A stretch of DNA of 63,675 nucleotides, counting the filler, from Octopus bimaculoides (lineage: Eukaryota): assembly GCF_001194135.2 (NCBI RefSeq). It is 5 parts of 3 records of this genome, joined end to end, with 100 filler letters (N's around TTAATTAATTAA, not from the genome) between each part and the next. Parts side by side here need not be neighbours in the genome. Positions count along the whole stretch, not along the records: positions 1 to 28,034 come from NC_069005.1; positions 28,135 to 40,351 come from NC_068985.1; 3 more parts are not named here. One strand, given 5' to 3'. Position numbers and translations under genes: made by a program. This document shows positions 25,111-38,788 of the stretch, piece after piece. Every line of letters starts with the position of its first letter. Position 1 is the stretch's first letter. The notes beneath the pieces were generated by a model. That model saw only the letters and a program-made list of their open reading frames with translations, did no database searches and was not told the DNA's origin.

Positions 25111-26591
25111 GTTTATCATAATTTCTCACATGTATGTATGCATGAATATATATATATATAGGTAGGTATGGGGGTGTATATATATATATGTATGTGTGTA
25201 TATATATGTATATATGTAGAGAGAGAGCAAAGAATGTGTAGTGGCTTTTGCTGGATTGAGGTGTTGGCTATCGAGGCAGCTGTAGGCCAGGGCTCTCTGT
25301 GATAGCTNNNNNNNNNNNNNNNNNNNNNNNNNNNNNNNNNNNNNNNNNNNNNNNNNNNNNNNNNNNNNNNNNNNNNNNNNNNNNNNNNNNNNNNNNNNNN
25401 NNNNNNNNNNNNNNNNNNNNNNNNNNNNNNNNNNNNNNNNNNNNNNNNNNNNNNNNNNNNNNNNNNNNNNNNNNNNNNNNNNNNNNNNNNNNNNNNNNNN
25501 NNNNNNNNNNNNNNNNNNNNNNNNNNNNNNNNNNNNNNNNNNNNNNNNNNNNNNNNNNNNNNNNNNNNNNNNNNNNNNNNNNNNNNNNNNNNNNNNNNNN
25601 NNNNNNNNNNNNNNNNNNNNNNNNNNNNNNNNNNNNNNNNNNNNNNNNNNNNNNNNNNNNNNNNNNNNNNNNNNNNNNNNNNNNNNNNNNNNNNNNNNNN
25701 NNNNNNNNNNNNNNNNNNNNNNNNNNNNNNNNNNNNNNNNNNNNNNNNNNNNNNNNNNNNNNNNNNNNNNNNNNNNNNNNNNNNNNNNNNNNNNNNNNNN
25801 NNNNNNNNNNNNNNNNNNNNNNNNNNNNNNNNNNNNNNNNNNNNNNNNNNNNNNNNNNNNNNNNNNNNNNNNNNNNNNNNNNNNNNNNNNNNNNNNNNNN
25901 NNNNNNNNNNNNNNNNNNNNNNNNNNNNNNNNNNNNNNNNNNNNNNNNNNNNNNNNNNNNNNNNNNNNNNNNNNNNNNNNNNNNNNNNNNNNNNNNNNNN
26001 NNNNNNNNNNNNNNNNNNNNNNNNNNNNNNNNNNNNNNNNNNNNNNNNNNNNNNNNNNNTATTGTTTTTCTCTGACTTGACTCTATAATTCTGTTCATTG
26101 TACGGCTCATTGTAGAAGTCTGGCGAAAGTTAGTGAACATTGATGTGATAAATTATGTGAAAAGAATTTCAGTAAATAATTTCACTACAAAACTTCTTCT
26201 CTTGGAGAACATTCTTGTTTTTCTTTTTAACTCTTTTTTTGTGTGTTTTTCATTCATTTATTTATGCATTATTTGTTTAGTGTGGTTTTTTTTTAAAGTT
26301 AGCCTCCCCCCTATATTTGTTTGTTTTTTGGTTTCTACTTCTGTGTTTCTATGTATCTTTCTTTGTCAAACTCTCTTTATCTGTCTAATGACCTGTCTAT
26401 TTCTGCCTATGGCTATCTATCAATATCTCTTTCAGTCTACCTGTCTTTCACTTTGTCTCTCTATTTCTTTGTCTGTCTGTCTGTCTCCTTTTCTAATAGA
26501 ATACAAAGGAAGCCATTATGCTCAGCAGAACATGCATGCTCTGCACTGCATAAAAGCATTGATTAATATATATACATGCATATATATATAT

Positions 26592-26746
26592 ATATATAGT
26601 TTAAGAGAAAAGAACCAAAGTTCATGAACTAATCCATGAAAATCCAGTCACATATAGAAAAATTAATAAGTAAATGCACAATTATACATGACTGGATTTT
26701 CATGGATTAGTTCATGAACTTTGGTTCTTTTCTTTATAACTATATA
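26592..26746. repeat. Short foldback (about 60 bp arms, about 28 nt loop) bounded by TA runs
   Basis: aaagaaccaaagttcatgaactaatccatgaaaatccagtca followed by its exact reverse complement. Confidence 0.9.
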
Positions 26747-28382
26747 TTTATATTTTATACTGTGAAACTCAATTAAATTCAATTTATTAAAAATTAAATT
26801 GAGTTTTTACCTGTAAATTTGGATTTTTATCCCTAATATTATTATATATATATGTATGTATATAGTAGCTTGATACAAGACCAGAAATTTGGGATGAAAA
26901 AAACAGTTAAATGTATCAATATGAGTCAACCTCAGTACTTAAGTGGTACTTTATTAAAATAAAGTACTGATCCCAGAAGGATGGAAGGTGAAGCTGATTG
27001 CAGCTGGATTCGAACTCTTTGAAACCAAATTAATGATAATATGCTTCTATTGTCTGTTTTATCCTTTGCACAGGTATGCCAGTTCTGCTGGACATAACGA
27101 AGCGGGGTGTGAGGTACACTGACACTATTAGATATGAGAAAGGAAGTACAAAGTATGCTGAAGGAAGTACAGAGAATGCTGACGCTGGTGGACCATGTCA
27201 AAGGGTATGTGATATATGTCAACACTGCTGGGCATGAATGGGGTACATCAACACTGCTGTGGATGAAAGGGTACAAGATACACCTATGCCTCTGGGCATG
27301 GTAAAAGCTGCTGGACTTGAAGTGTATGGAATGTGCCAAACTTCAGAACCATGACAAGGGGAGTGTGGGGTATGCCAGCACTAGTGGAAACGAAGGAGTA
27401 CCCCAGGGAGAAAACATCTGAGGATTTCTAATTTAGGATTTTTTTATTGTTATATTACTTTGTTTTGTTTATTTTTGTTATATTTCAGGCTGGGTGTGTG
27501 TCTCCTGCCCCCAAATACATGCACTGTATATTTGTTCTTCATTTCAGCTTTATAATTCTTATGGTGATGATTTTAGTATCTTTTGTCTGAATCTCTTTCG
27601 TCACACCTCCTGTGACCTCTTCAGCGACTCTCCATCCCATGTGTCTCCTCTTGTTTTAGTCATTCATGTTTTATTTGTCTGTGCTTTAAATATGCGACAT
27701 CAACATGCATGAAACAACTGACCAACATGTCTGACCAACTGGGAGAGAAAAAAAAGGGCAAGTGCCTTCATCTTGTCCCACAAGTCACTGGTGTTGTTAA
27801 TCTATGGATAGAGGGAGCCTTCTGGGCATGATCTGCTAAAAACAAGTTACAAATCCCACCTCACTCCTGCTCCACCAGCTGAAAATAATAGAAATAAAAG
27901 AAAAGGAATTATTTTATCCTTGTAAATCCTCGGTATTGTTTAAGCTATGAAAACAATGATGGCAATTGATTCTGTCTTGGCTCAAGTCACTCCTAAAAAA
28001 AAAGGGAATAAATAAAATAAGAAGCCAAAAAACANNNNNNNNNNNNNNNNNNNNNNNNNNNNNNNNNNNNNNNNNNNNTTAATTAATTAANNNNNNNNNN
28101 NNNNNNNNNNNNNNNNNNNNNNNNNNNNNNNNNNGGGTGTGTGCGTGTGTTGCGTGCGCGCGCGTGGGTATATGTATATATGTATGTGTTACATACTAAT
28201 ATACATAGTATTTTGTTATGATTCGATGCCTTTAAGTAGCATATTGGGTAACTGTTTTTATCATAACCTCGCATCGACCTGAGCCTTTTTCTTCTCATCG
28301 GATAGACGGAAACTGTGACGAAACCAATAGGAATACGTGAATATTATACGTATGTACACATATATAACATACATATGTAAAC

Positions 28383-28423
<41 letters not shown>

Positions 28424-28502
28424 NNNNNNNNNNNNNNNNNNNNNNNNNNNNNNNNNNNNNNNNNNNNNNNNNNNNNNNNNNNNNNNNNNNNNNNNNNNNN
28501 NN

Positions 28503-28568
<66 letters not shown>

Positions 28569-29439
28569 ATTACATGCATGTACATGTGTTGTATGTATAA
28601 GTGTTTGAAAAACAATTTTCGCATGAGGCAGGGTCATATAACTTTACGAAGTCTGGGAACGGCCTGTTCATATTTTGATGGAATAATGGTATATTGGAAT
28701 GAGAGAATAAAAATATGATGGAATTACAGTCACCATAGGAACTACATAATAATGGAATCGGAGGATAATGAAATCATCCTGCTATATAAAACACCATTAG
28801 AAGACTTGGAATTGTTTTAGAGTGAAAGAGTATTTTATGGACTCGAAATAGATTTTAGTATTTACTTCGTAGACAAGGCTTTATACACGTAACACTGTGT
28901 ATGCATATGTGTGCGCGCGTACCTTTGTATGTGCTTGTATGTTCGTATACGTGTGTCTGTATGTGGGGGTGCACGAACGAGTATGAGTATAGGTGTATAA
29001 ATATCTGTTTGTAACCTTACGTTTATGTATGTTTATATTTATATGTGTGTGTACATTCATATATGTATATGTAAATGTATGTGCATGTGCTCGTGTGCGC
29101 GCATGTGTTTTCGTGTATGTGTGTGCTCATGTGTGTATGTGTGTGTGTGTGTGTCTTTTGCTCATAACACACAACGATATACAAGTGTTAACTAAAAAAA
29201 AGCTCTCAAAATATGGAGAATGAAATATATTTTTACGAAGAAAAGAGAGGCTGTAAGTTCGACGTTTGGCCGATGGCTGGCTTAGCCAGGCTGTATGTAC
29301 ATGAGTGTATGTGTGTGTTAACTGTTTTTGTTGTAGCTTGTGTGTGTCTGTATAGTGTCTACAGATTCTTCTGTTCCACACATTCACGTTAATAATCATG
29401 GATTTGAGCACATCGATCTTCAGAAGACATTCTCAATAA

Positions 29440-30250
29440 TCGGATACAAAATTCTGCTGATGATCGTTATATCCAAGGACCTGGATACTAGTAACGACAA
29501 ACTAAAAATAACTAAAATTACTGGCACATCCTATACGTAGCTACCAAAACGGACACATCTAAATATGCACACCTGCTTACAAAGTTCCACATGCATTAAT
29601 AAATTTTAATCAATAGCATAACCCACAATTTAATCAATAAAGTTTCTCCAGAACACCTCTCCATAACAACCCACCCTAAAACCTACTTACCACTACACTC
29701 AAACCCACATGCCCAAGGAAGATTTTAACTCAACAGAGACTATATAAAGACAAGATTGACTTCAATGCATCGCAGTCTGACGATGGCTTAACTGGCCGTA
29801 AAAAGTGGGGAGAAGGTTTAACGAATGAGGTGTTAGCTTAACACTTCAATGGGAAAAGAAAGTTCTGTAGCGTTTCGGACGTTAGTCCTTCATCAGAAGA
29901 AAGAGGAAAGCATATAGGGAATGAAAATAAGAAGCAGTGAAAGAAAAAAGGGGGAAGGGTTAGAACCCAGATGGAAATGCTGTCCTATGAGAGTGTTCTA
30001 AAGGAAAAAGATGGCAGTATGTAGATGCAAGTATAGTTCCGAGCAAAAGAATATTTTGGGGAGGTATTTTAAAGTAGTGTATATATGTGCGTAAGGTGTA
30101 CAAGTATGAACGTAGGTTAGTGAGACGTGATACGTTGTGTGTGTAATTCTTAGACGGTGGTATGAGATCATCTATGTGAGAAGATGAGAGCGTGTGCGAC
30201 TGTAAGAGAAAAAGATACTGGTAAAGCAAATTAATTAGGAATACCAACGT
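29440..30250. mobile_element. Two convergent Penelope-like repeat ends with hammerhead-like motifs
   Basis: Plus: CTGACGA t ggc..gcc GTAA (29777-29801). Minus: CTGATGA a ggac-taac-gtcc GAAA cgc (29896-29870). Confidence 0.5.
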
Positions 30251-30482
30251 GGTGGGTGCGATAGATGTATGTGCGAGTGTATAATAAAGATGCGGAGGAG
30301 TGTGAAATGTTTTTTTCTAGAAAGAACAGCGTTTAAAATAACATCCGAAAAAGAAACAAAGAGAGGAGTAAATTTATGAATTATGTGAACGAAGGAAAAT
30401 ATTAAAAATTGGTAAAAATATTACACGATACCGGTAACACGTCCGGAGTGTTTGGTGGAGTGCACAAAAATAGTAAGAAATC

Positions 30483-30526
<44 letters not shown>

Positions 30527-30686
30527 CCAACTATATGCATATATAATTAGAATAATGTGGCAAAATGAATTTCCAAATCGATCAGGTACACACCCTTTAG
30601 CATTACATGCATTTCAGTGTGGAAAATATATACCGTGTATTCCACATCAGCATATCGTGCAGTGGGGTCATGAATATAATATATTT

Positions 30687-31678
30687 ATATATATTTAGAT
30701 AGAAATATACAAAATATATAATAATAGAAATTAATAAAAGTTCAGTTATTGGGATTTCAATCAATAGATTTGTGGATATTCCATTTCAGATAATGCAAAA
30801 AGAACATGAGTATTTATGATGGAAAACTCATGATGTTTATATGCACATCAAGAAATAATACATGAGGATAAAACCAGTACAATAGCAGGGTATAAAATAT
30901 ACTACCTTAATTAGCCCTTACTTGAGTTAAAATTATAATTAGAAAAGGACTACACATGTTTCTGCATTAGAAGATCAGAATATATGTAATCATCAGATTT
31001 ATAATTCTACCAACACATCTTCAGGTTCATTTTTCAAAATATTGTTCAGCTATTTTAAATCATCATTAAAAAAAACTTACTCTAATCGCCATTTTGAATG
31101 ACATCTTGACCCTATCACAAGTGGATATATATCTTTATTTTTTACATTTAATCACAGATCTCTTCATTCTGATTTATAATTTTACATTTGACATTCTGAG
31201 TTAATTTATATTTATAATTTATAATTTTAATTTTTTAATTCTTAATTCTGTAAAGTTTATTTTTAATTTTCAATTTTTAATTTAATGCTTAATTTTTATG
31301 ATGATTTAAAATAGCTGAACAATATTTTGAAAAATGAAGATGTGTTGGTAGAATTGTAAATCAGATGATTACATAAATTCTGATCTTCCAGCACAGAAAC
31401 ACGTGTAGTCCTTTTCTAATTATAATTTTAACTCAAGTAAGAGCTAATTAAGGTAGTATATTTTATACCCTGTTATTGTACTGGTTTTATTCTCATGTAT
31501 TATTTCTTGATGTGCATATAAATATCACGAGTTTTCCATCATAAATATTCGTTATGTCCTTTTTGCATTATCTGATATGAAATACCCACAAATCTATTGA
31601 TTGAAATCCCAATAACTGAACTATTATTAATTTCTGTTATTATATATTTTGTATATTTTTATTTAAATATATTATAAT
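30687..31678. mobile_element. Long inverted repeat (about 385 bp arms, about 220 bp spacer) with a hammerhead motif in each arm; probable Penelope-like element ends
   Basis: 30687-31072 is the reverse complement of about 31293-31678 with scattered mismatches. Confidence 0.85.
30942..31035 (-). ncRNA. Type I hammerhead ribozyme motif (CUGAAGA ... GAAA-CAUGUG-U-A)
   Basis: Minus strand: core at 31024-31018, long stem II, GAAA at 30962-30959, near-palindromic stem III, UA cleavage site, imperfect stem I. Confidence 0.62.
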
Positions 31679-31716
31679 TATGACCCCAATGCACGATATT
31701 TACATATGGTTGCATA

Positions 31717-31789
<73 letters not shown>

Positions 31790-32871
31790 CCCCCTTCTGT
31801 CATCACTGACCATGGGATTGCACCTAGAAAGTTACCCTCCCAGGCACAAGTCCGGGCATGGTTGATTTATGGAAGACCAGCAGTCGCCCATGTATACCAG
31901 CCTCCCCTCTCCACGCCACCGCTGTTATCCAAGGGAAAAGCAAAGGCCGNNNNNNNNNNNNNNNNNNNNNNNNNNNNNNNNNNNNNNNNNNNNNNNNNNN
32001 NNNNNNNNNNNNNNNNNNNNNNNNNNNNNNNNNNNNNNNNNNNNNNNNNNNNNNNNNNNNNNNNNNNNNNNNNNNNNNNNNNNNNNNNNNNNNNNNNNNN
32101 NNNNNNNNNNNNNNNNNNNNNNNNNNNNNNNNNNNNNNNNNNNNNNNNNNNNNNNNATGTGCATACAGCTGCATTACCTATGTATTAATTATATGTATGA
32201 AGGAGTATGACAATAGACATTAATTATGATAATATATGCGTTGTATTGTGGTTATGTACTACATTGCATGGCATGTAAGGCAAATAATGCTTTGTTATTC
32301 TAAAATACTTATCGTCCAGTTAGCTGCATTATGCGTGAGTTTATATATGTGTACGTGTGCGTGTGTGTATGTGTGTGTATTTATATGTTTGTATGTAAGC
32401 ATGTATATTTGTATTAATGCATCTTTGTATATATACATGCATACGTACAATACATGTATGTATACATATGTGTATGTATGTATGCATGTATGTATGTATG
32501 CATGTATGTATTATGTATGTATGTATGTATGTATGTATGCATGTATATACGTATGTATGTATTCACACCCAGGGGGAGGTAAGCGAAAGGGAGACAAACA
32601 CAGCTGACAGACACAAATAAACAGAGACTTTTTCCATCGAGCTATGAAAAAGATTCTATACAAACAAGAGGAGTGTTATATAAATATTACAACGAAAAAA
32701 AATTACCAAGAACTACAAATATATGCTTTGTCATATACATTATAAATGAATGTATATTATTAAAACAAATGCGGAATACAATAAATATATATTTGTTTCT
32801 CGCTTATCATGGAGTTCTTCAAGTGTTTGAAATATATCTGTCATACTCAGCAATTTTTTAACGTTATCTCT

Positions 32872-32934
<63 letters not shown>

Positions 32935-33620
32935 NNNNNNNNNNNNNNNNNNNNNNNNNNNNNNNNNNNNNNNNNNNNNNNNNNNNNNNNNNNNNNNNNN
33001 NNNNNNNNNNNNNNNNNNNNNNNNNNNNNNNNNNNNNNNNNNNNNNNNNNNNNNNNNNNNNNNNNNNNNNNNNNNNNNNNNNNNNNNNNNNNNNNNNNNN
33101 NNNNNNNNNNNNNNNNNNNNNNNNNNNNNNNNNNNNNNNNNNNNNNNNNNNNNNNNNNNNNNNNNNNNNNNNNNNNNNNNNNNNNNNNNNNNNNNNNNNN
33201 NNNNNNNNNNNNNNNNNNNNNNNNNNNNNNNNNNNNNNNNNNNNNNNNNNNNNNNNNNNNNNNNNNNNNNNNNNNNNNNNNNNNNNNNNNNNNNNNNNNN
33301 NNNNNNNNNNNNNNNNNNNNNNNNNNNNNNNNNNNNNNNNNNNNNNNNNNNNNNNNNNNNNNNNNNNNNNNNNNNNNNNNNNNNNNNNNNNNNNNNNNNN
33401 NNNNNNNNNNNNNNNNNNNNNNNNNNNNNNNNNNNNNNNNNNNNNNNNNNNNNNNNNNNNNNNNNNNNNNNNNNNNTATATATATATATATATATATCTG
33501 CATATATATATACACATATATACATATATGTACACATATGTGCATATATATATATGTGTGTGTGTGTGTGTGTACATACGTACGTACATACATACATACA
33601 TACATACATACATACATACA

Positions 33621-33651
<31 letters not shown>

Positions 33652-35716
33652 GCATACATGCACACATACTCATACACAAAATGTCTTTTTTTTTAATCAC
33701 TGCAATAATATGATTGCACATGGCCTAGTAGTTAAGCTGCTAGAATTACTATCATCACAAGTTAGTAAGTTCATTTCCCCGACCGGGTGATGGTTTGCCA
33801 CTTGGGTAAGGCACTGCTTTTCATGTGTGCAGGAGTGTGCGTTTGATTTCACAGAGAAAATGAAAAATACTGAGTATGCAGAAATAGAGTAAATAAAACA
33901 GTACTGCTATTACTCACGGCAGTGACTCCGAGTTTCCTGATACCTTATACGCATCATGTATAGCATTAATGTATGAAAGAATATAATTATGAAGATGTAC
34001 ACAGCATTTTTTATGCATGCCTTTTCATAAATATTGTGATATACAAAGTTTCAGTAACCTGGTATGCTAACGATATATGTGTAATATAAGCTAATGCATG
34101 TGCAGCATAAGCTCTGTGTGTATATGTGTGTGTGTGTACGCGTGAGTATGTGTGTGTAATAGAATCTATAAGTCATATAAACCGTGTCTTGTGTCAGTCA
34201 TAGTATTTTGACAATTATATGAAAATACGTTCCATCATGTCAACTATTGCACACTTCTGTACGTATGTTTTTTTTATGTATGCTTGCATGTATGAATTAA
34301 TATACTTATGCACGCGTGTATCTATTCCTGTGTGCGTGTGTACTTGCGTGAGCGTATTTTTCTTTGTTTTATTATTTCACTTCATCTCATGAAGACAAAG
34401 CTGGTAAACAATGACAGCTATTTGCATCATATTCTGTACACAGCAGAAAGTTTTTATTCGAATTTTATCTGATCGTGGATTGCTTTATGTGCAAACTCGT
34501 TCTATCACAGTGAGAGAAAGCATTCAGTTAGTAGAAAATAGAAAGTAAAATTTCTTGCTTATGTTTTGTTTTTGTTTTGGGGTTGATTTTTTTTTTTTTG
34601 GCGGGGGGGGGTCTTTTTATATTATATTTCAAAATTTAATGGAATAATTATATTCCTTGATAACCTACAATTCGAAGTCCTGCTTATTAACATTGGAAGT
34701 GTTGTGAATTTAACTTCAATGAGCAAAGAACATATATGTTAAATTTTAGCAGAAGCAAAAGACTGATTCAAGAGGCTGAGAGTTTCGTGCGTTGGCACTT
34801 AACAAATTTGGTAAGTGCCAATGCGCGAAACGCTCAGCCTCTGAGTCACTCTTGCTTCTGATAAAGATTAATAAAATTATACATATACTCATATTTTTAG
34901 TTCTATTTTTCCTGTTTGCATCACCATACCTATGTAATCGACTAACCCTCTGTCCCCTCAAAACTGCTGGCTTTGTGTGAAAATTTGAAACAATTTTTGT
35001 TGGCGGTCTTGTTCTTATTTTGTTATATATTAACATATCTGTCTGTATGTAAGTATGTATCTATGCATGCATGTGTGTATAGCAATCATCTCTATGTCAT
35101 GATGAAATTCACTACAATTATGATATTAGTAATTTATCTCTTGACCTCTGTGTGCAATATCTTTCTAAGTTCGTCTGTTTTCGTATTTCTACCATCATTA
35201 CAAATTACATCATTACTAAAAGCAATCGTTACTGCCTTGCACTAACTCTACTGATTTTGAATGCTTCATAACACCTTATATCATTAATGAATTCTTTGAG
35301 AGCCTGAACGTCATTGCTTTTAGTTCCCCTTGGCAACTACAGCAATTTTACTAAGCTTTACTAAGTATGCTTGTGCAATCAGATAATTTCGTTAATCGCA
35401 AAAACTTGGTACGGGTTTGATAGCAAATGAAATCACATTTAGACAACATATATGAAACATCTTTTACCACCTGCCTGCTTGTTAACTTCACTTTTATAGG
35501 CTAATAGATAATTTATACTAACCTCAACTTAACAACGTGTTATGTTTACCAATTCATACTAAATATAACACTCACACGGACACACACGCACACACATGTA
35601 TATATTTTTGTATATGTGTGTGTATTTGCGTCTGTGCATGTAAGTTTATCTGTGTACTATGTAAATATATATATATATATATATATCTGCATGTATATAT
35701 ACAAATATATTCATAA

Positions 35717-35747
<31 letters not shown>

Positions 35748-36283
35748 NNNNNNNNNNNNNNNNNNNNNNNNNNNNNNNNNNNNNNNNNNNNNNNNNNNNN
35801 NNNNNNNNNNNNNNNNNNNNNNNNNNNNNNNNNNNNNNNNNNNNNNNNNNNNNNNNNNNNNNNNNNNNNNNNNNNNNNNNNNNNNNNNNNNNNNNNNNNN
35901 NNNNNNNNNNNNNNNNNNNNNNNNNNNNNNNNNNNNNNNNNNNNNNNNNNNNNNNNNNNNNNNNNNNNNNNNNNNNNNNNNNNNNNNNNNNNNNNNNNNN
36001 NNNNNNNNNNNNNNNNNNNNNNNNNNNNNNNNNNNNNNNNNNNNNNNNNNNNNNNNNNNNNNNNNNNNNNNNNNNNNNNNNNNNNNNNNNNNNNNNNNNN
36101 NNNNNNNNNNNNNNNNNNNNNNNNNNNNNNNNNNNNNNNNNNNNNNNNNNNNNNNNNNNNNNNNNNNNNNNNNNNNNNNNNNNNNNNNNNNNNNNNNNNN
36201 NNNNNNNNNNNNNNNNNNNNNNNNNNNNNNNNNNNNNNNNNNNNNNNNNNNNNNNNNNNNNNNNNNNNNNNNNNNNNNNNNNN

Positions 36284-36315
<32 letters not shown>

Positions 36316-36674
36316 GTATATATATATATATATATAGATGTATGTATATATCATCGTTACTAAAATCTCGCTTTGCAATATGCATTGTGCAACAGTATTC
36401 AAGCTAAATTTTCTTGACTGTCCGAGTAAAATCAACTGCCTTGCAACAAGTTACCGACAACTAAATTCTTGTACTAATAACTTAACTAACTTAACAATTA
36501 CTAAAAAAAAATGAATTATGAAACATTTCGATGTTCTGAGCCCGCCGGGAAAACGAGGAAAGGCTGCCGATCCAGATTTTAAAAAACACAAGAACGGTTA
36601 GTAACTTATTTAGATTTTATGCATTTAAAAATATGGTCGCATTATGACTGTGCTCGAGGTGCTAAGACTAGTTG

Positions 36675-36760
36675 TAATATATCAGTGGTATATCAGTGAT
36701 ATATAATATATCAGTGATATATAATATATCAGTGATATATATAAATATATCAGTGATATT
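36675..36760. repeat. Tandem repeat of about 19 bp (atatatcagtgatatataa), about 4 copies
   Basis: Direct inspection. Confidence 0.8.
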
Positions 36761-38536
36761 ACGATTGATGCAGAATAAAGGAGTGCTTGTTGCATATTAT
36801 AGTTTTTAGTGGTGTAGTTAATTTTCTCTTGACTTCAATAATTTTTGCTATGTGAGAACTGGAATTCAGTTTCACAAACCAGTGAAAACTTCGTCAGTAC
36901 AGTGAATTAGCACGAAAAAAATGATAAACAGCCGGTCACAACGCCTTGTGGTACTTAGATAATTTTCTTTACGATCTAGTGTTAATTTGCATTTTTATCC
37001 TCCCGGATGTTGACAAAATATAGTATCAGTCAAGAATTGGGGTCGGTATTATCGATTATACCCCATATTGAAATAGAACGCCTTTGACCTATATTAGAAA
37101 TCAGTCATACACTGTTCTACTGAAATGAACAGCACCTCTATTGATAAATATTTTAACAATACATAATAGCCGATGTCACAACAGGCTTGACTGTCATCGT
37201 AGCGTTGATGTTAACAAACGATATCGTCTTGTTATTGCTAGAATTATTTGGAGATTGTTAAACATGAAAACTTTCTAAGTATAGAGTAGATAAGATGCAA
37301 TATCTCATAGTTTGAGTTACAGAAGTACTAAAAATAACATTGGTATTTTCACTTCCTACTGAGAAGTGTTACTGGTCAAAATACAAACTTTTCTTTCCTA
37401 GCTGCGAAGTAAGCATCTTTTTTTTTTTTTTCTTATTCCTTTATTTATTTGATATTTAATGAGAATGTAGATAGGATTGTAATGTTTGGGGTTTGGGATA
37501 CTTAAGCAAGGTGAAATTTTAAACATCATCGTTACACTTTAAAATAAATACCAGTAATAGACTAGGTCTTAGAGATTTCCTTTTACAAAATAAAAGAACT
37601 TCAACGTTGTTAAACTGTTTTAAGAATTTTATGATATAAAATTTTATGATATTTATGATATAAAAGGCAGTCGATTGACACAGTCGTGAAATCGTTGGCA
37701 AAATATCTTGCTGTATTTAATTAGGATCTTTAACATTCTCTGTCCAAATACCGACGAGATCAACTTTAACTTACGTACATCGGAACACTCAAATACCATG
37801 ACCGAAATATTCGACTATTTCACGTTTGATGCCTTTGTTCGAAATCGATGTTTTAAAATGTGATAATAAAGCAGTGTCGTAAAATCAATAGAGAAGTGTT
37901 TTACAACATTTATTTTCGTCCCACTAGGTTCTGAGTTCAAACACTATGATGGTCGAGTAGTGTATGAACTATTTATTTAGTCGTTAAGCAAATAAACATT
38001 ACACCAACGATTGAGATCGATTCAATCAAATTATATCTGCCTCCTAATAAATCTATGGTTTTGTTTCAATGTTTGACACGTAAAAGACACCCGTACCGGA
38101 GTCACGTAAAAGGTACCCAGTACATTTTGTGGAGTGGTTGACGTTAGGAAAGGTATCCAGTCGTAGAAACCAAGCCATAGACTGAAGCTTGGAGTAGCTC
38201 TCCGGCTTACCATCTCCAGTCAAACTGTCTAACCCAGGCCAGCATGGAAAACGGACATTAAATAATGATGATGAGGATATACATTATTCTAATATTTATC
38301 ATCGTGCAATAACAAATAGGAAAAGAGGTAAAGAGAACCCATACTTGTGTAGAGTCTATATATATATGTAAAATAGGTTACTTACATTTTTCTTTGTTAT
38401 TGAGTTTCACCGTTATGGACTATTAAAATGGTAAGCATTGAACTATTTGTATGTATATCTCGCTATTTTATATATGTTTATAAATGCCTGCAAACTTTTT
38501 TTGTTTATTATTTTCTTATATATTCTTCTTCCACAG

Positions 38537-38788
38537 AATCTTCAGCTAAGTGGGGTCCCTGGTCACCCTGGATTCAATCTGGCGATAAAGACTTCCGTTT
38601 CCGGTCTTGCAACGTTACTATCGCTACAGGAAAGAATGCCACGAATATCACCTGTGTCGGAGAACGCATCCAGTTTAACAGTTGTCCAGTCACAGAAAAG
38701 AAGATCTGTCATTCGACTAATGGTGAAGAAAAGACTTCCTTCGTTTATGAATGTAATGGACACGATCCGATGGACATCGATATTAAAT
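38537..38788 (+). CDS. Orphan exon encoding a thrombospondin type-1-like module plus a second Cys-containing segment
   Basis: Strong acceptor ttcttcttccacag; KWGPWSPW..FRFRSC..C.G...Q..SC; possible phase 1 donor gtaaat at 38789, otherwise reads to TAG at 38799; other exons not established. Confidence 0.68.

Noticed and set aside
28079-28090. TTAATTAATTAA island between N-runs, repeated at 40396, 47797 and 60758
   Set aside because: An identical 12-mer centred in 100-base gaps; a scaffolding gap marker, not biology.
29240-29290. Minus-strand gcc..ggc CAAACGTC, hammerhead-like
   Set aside because: Both halves of the core are mutated; too degenerate to claim.
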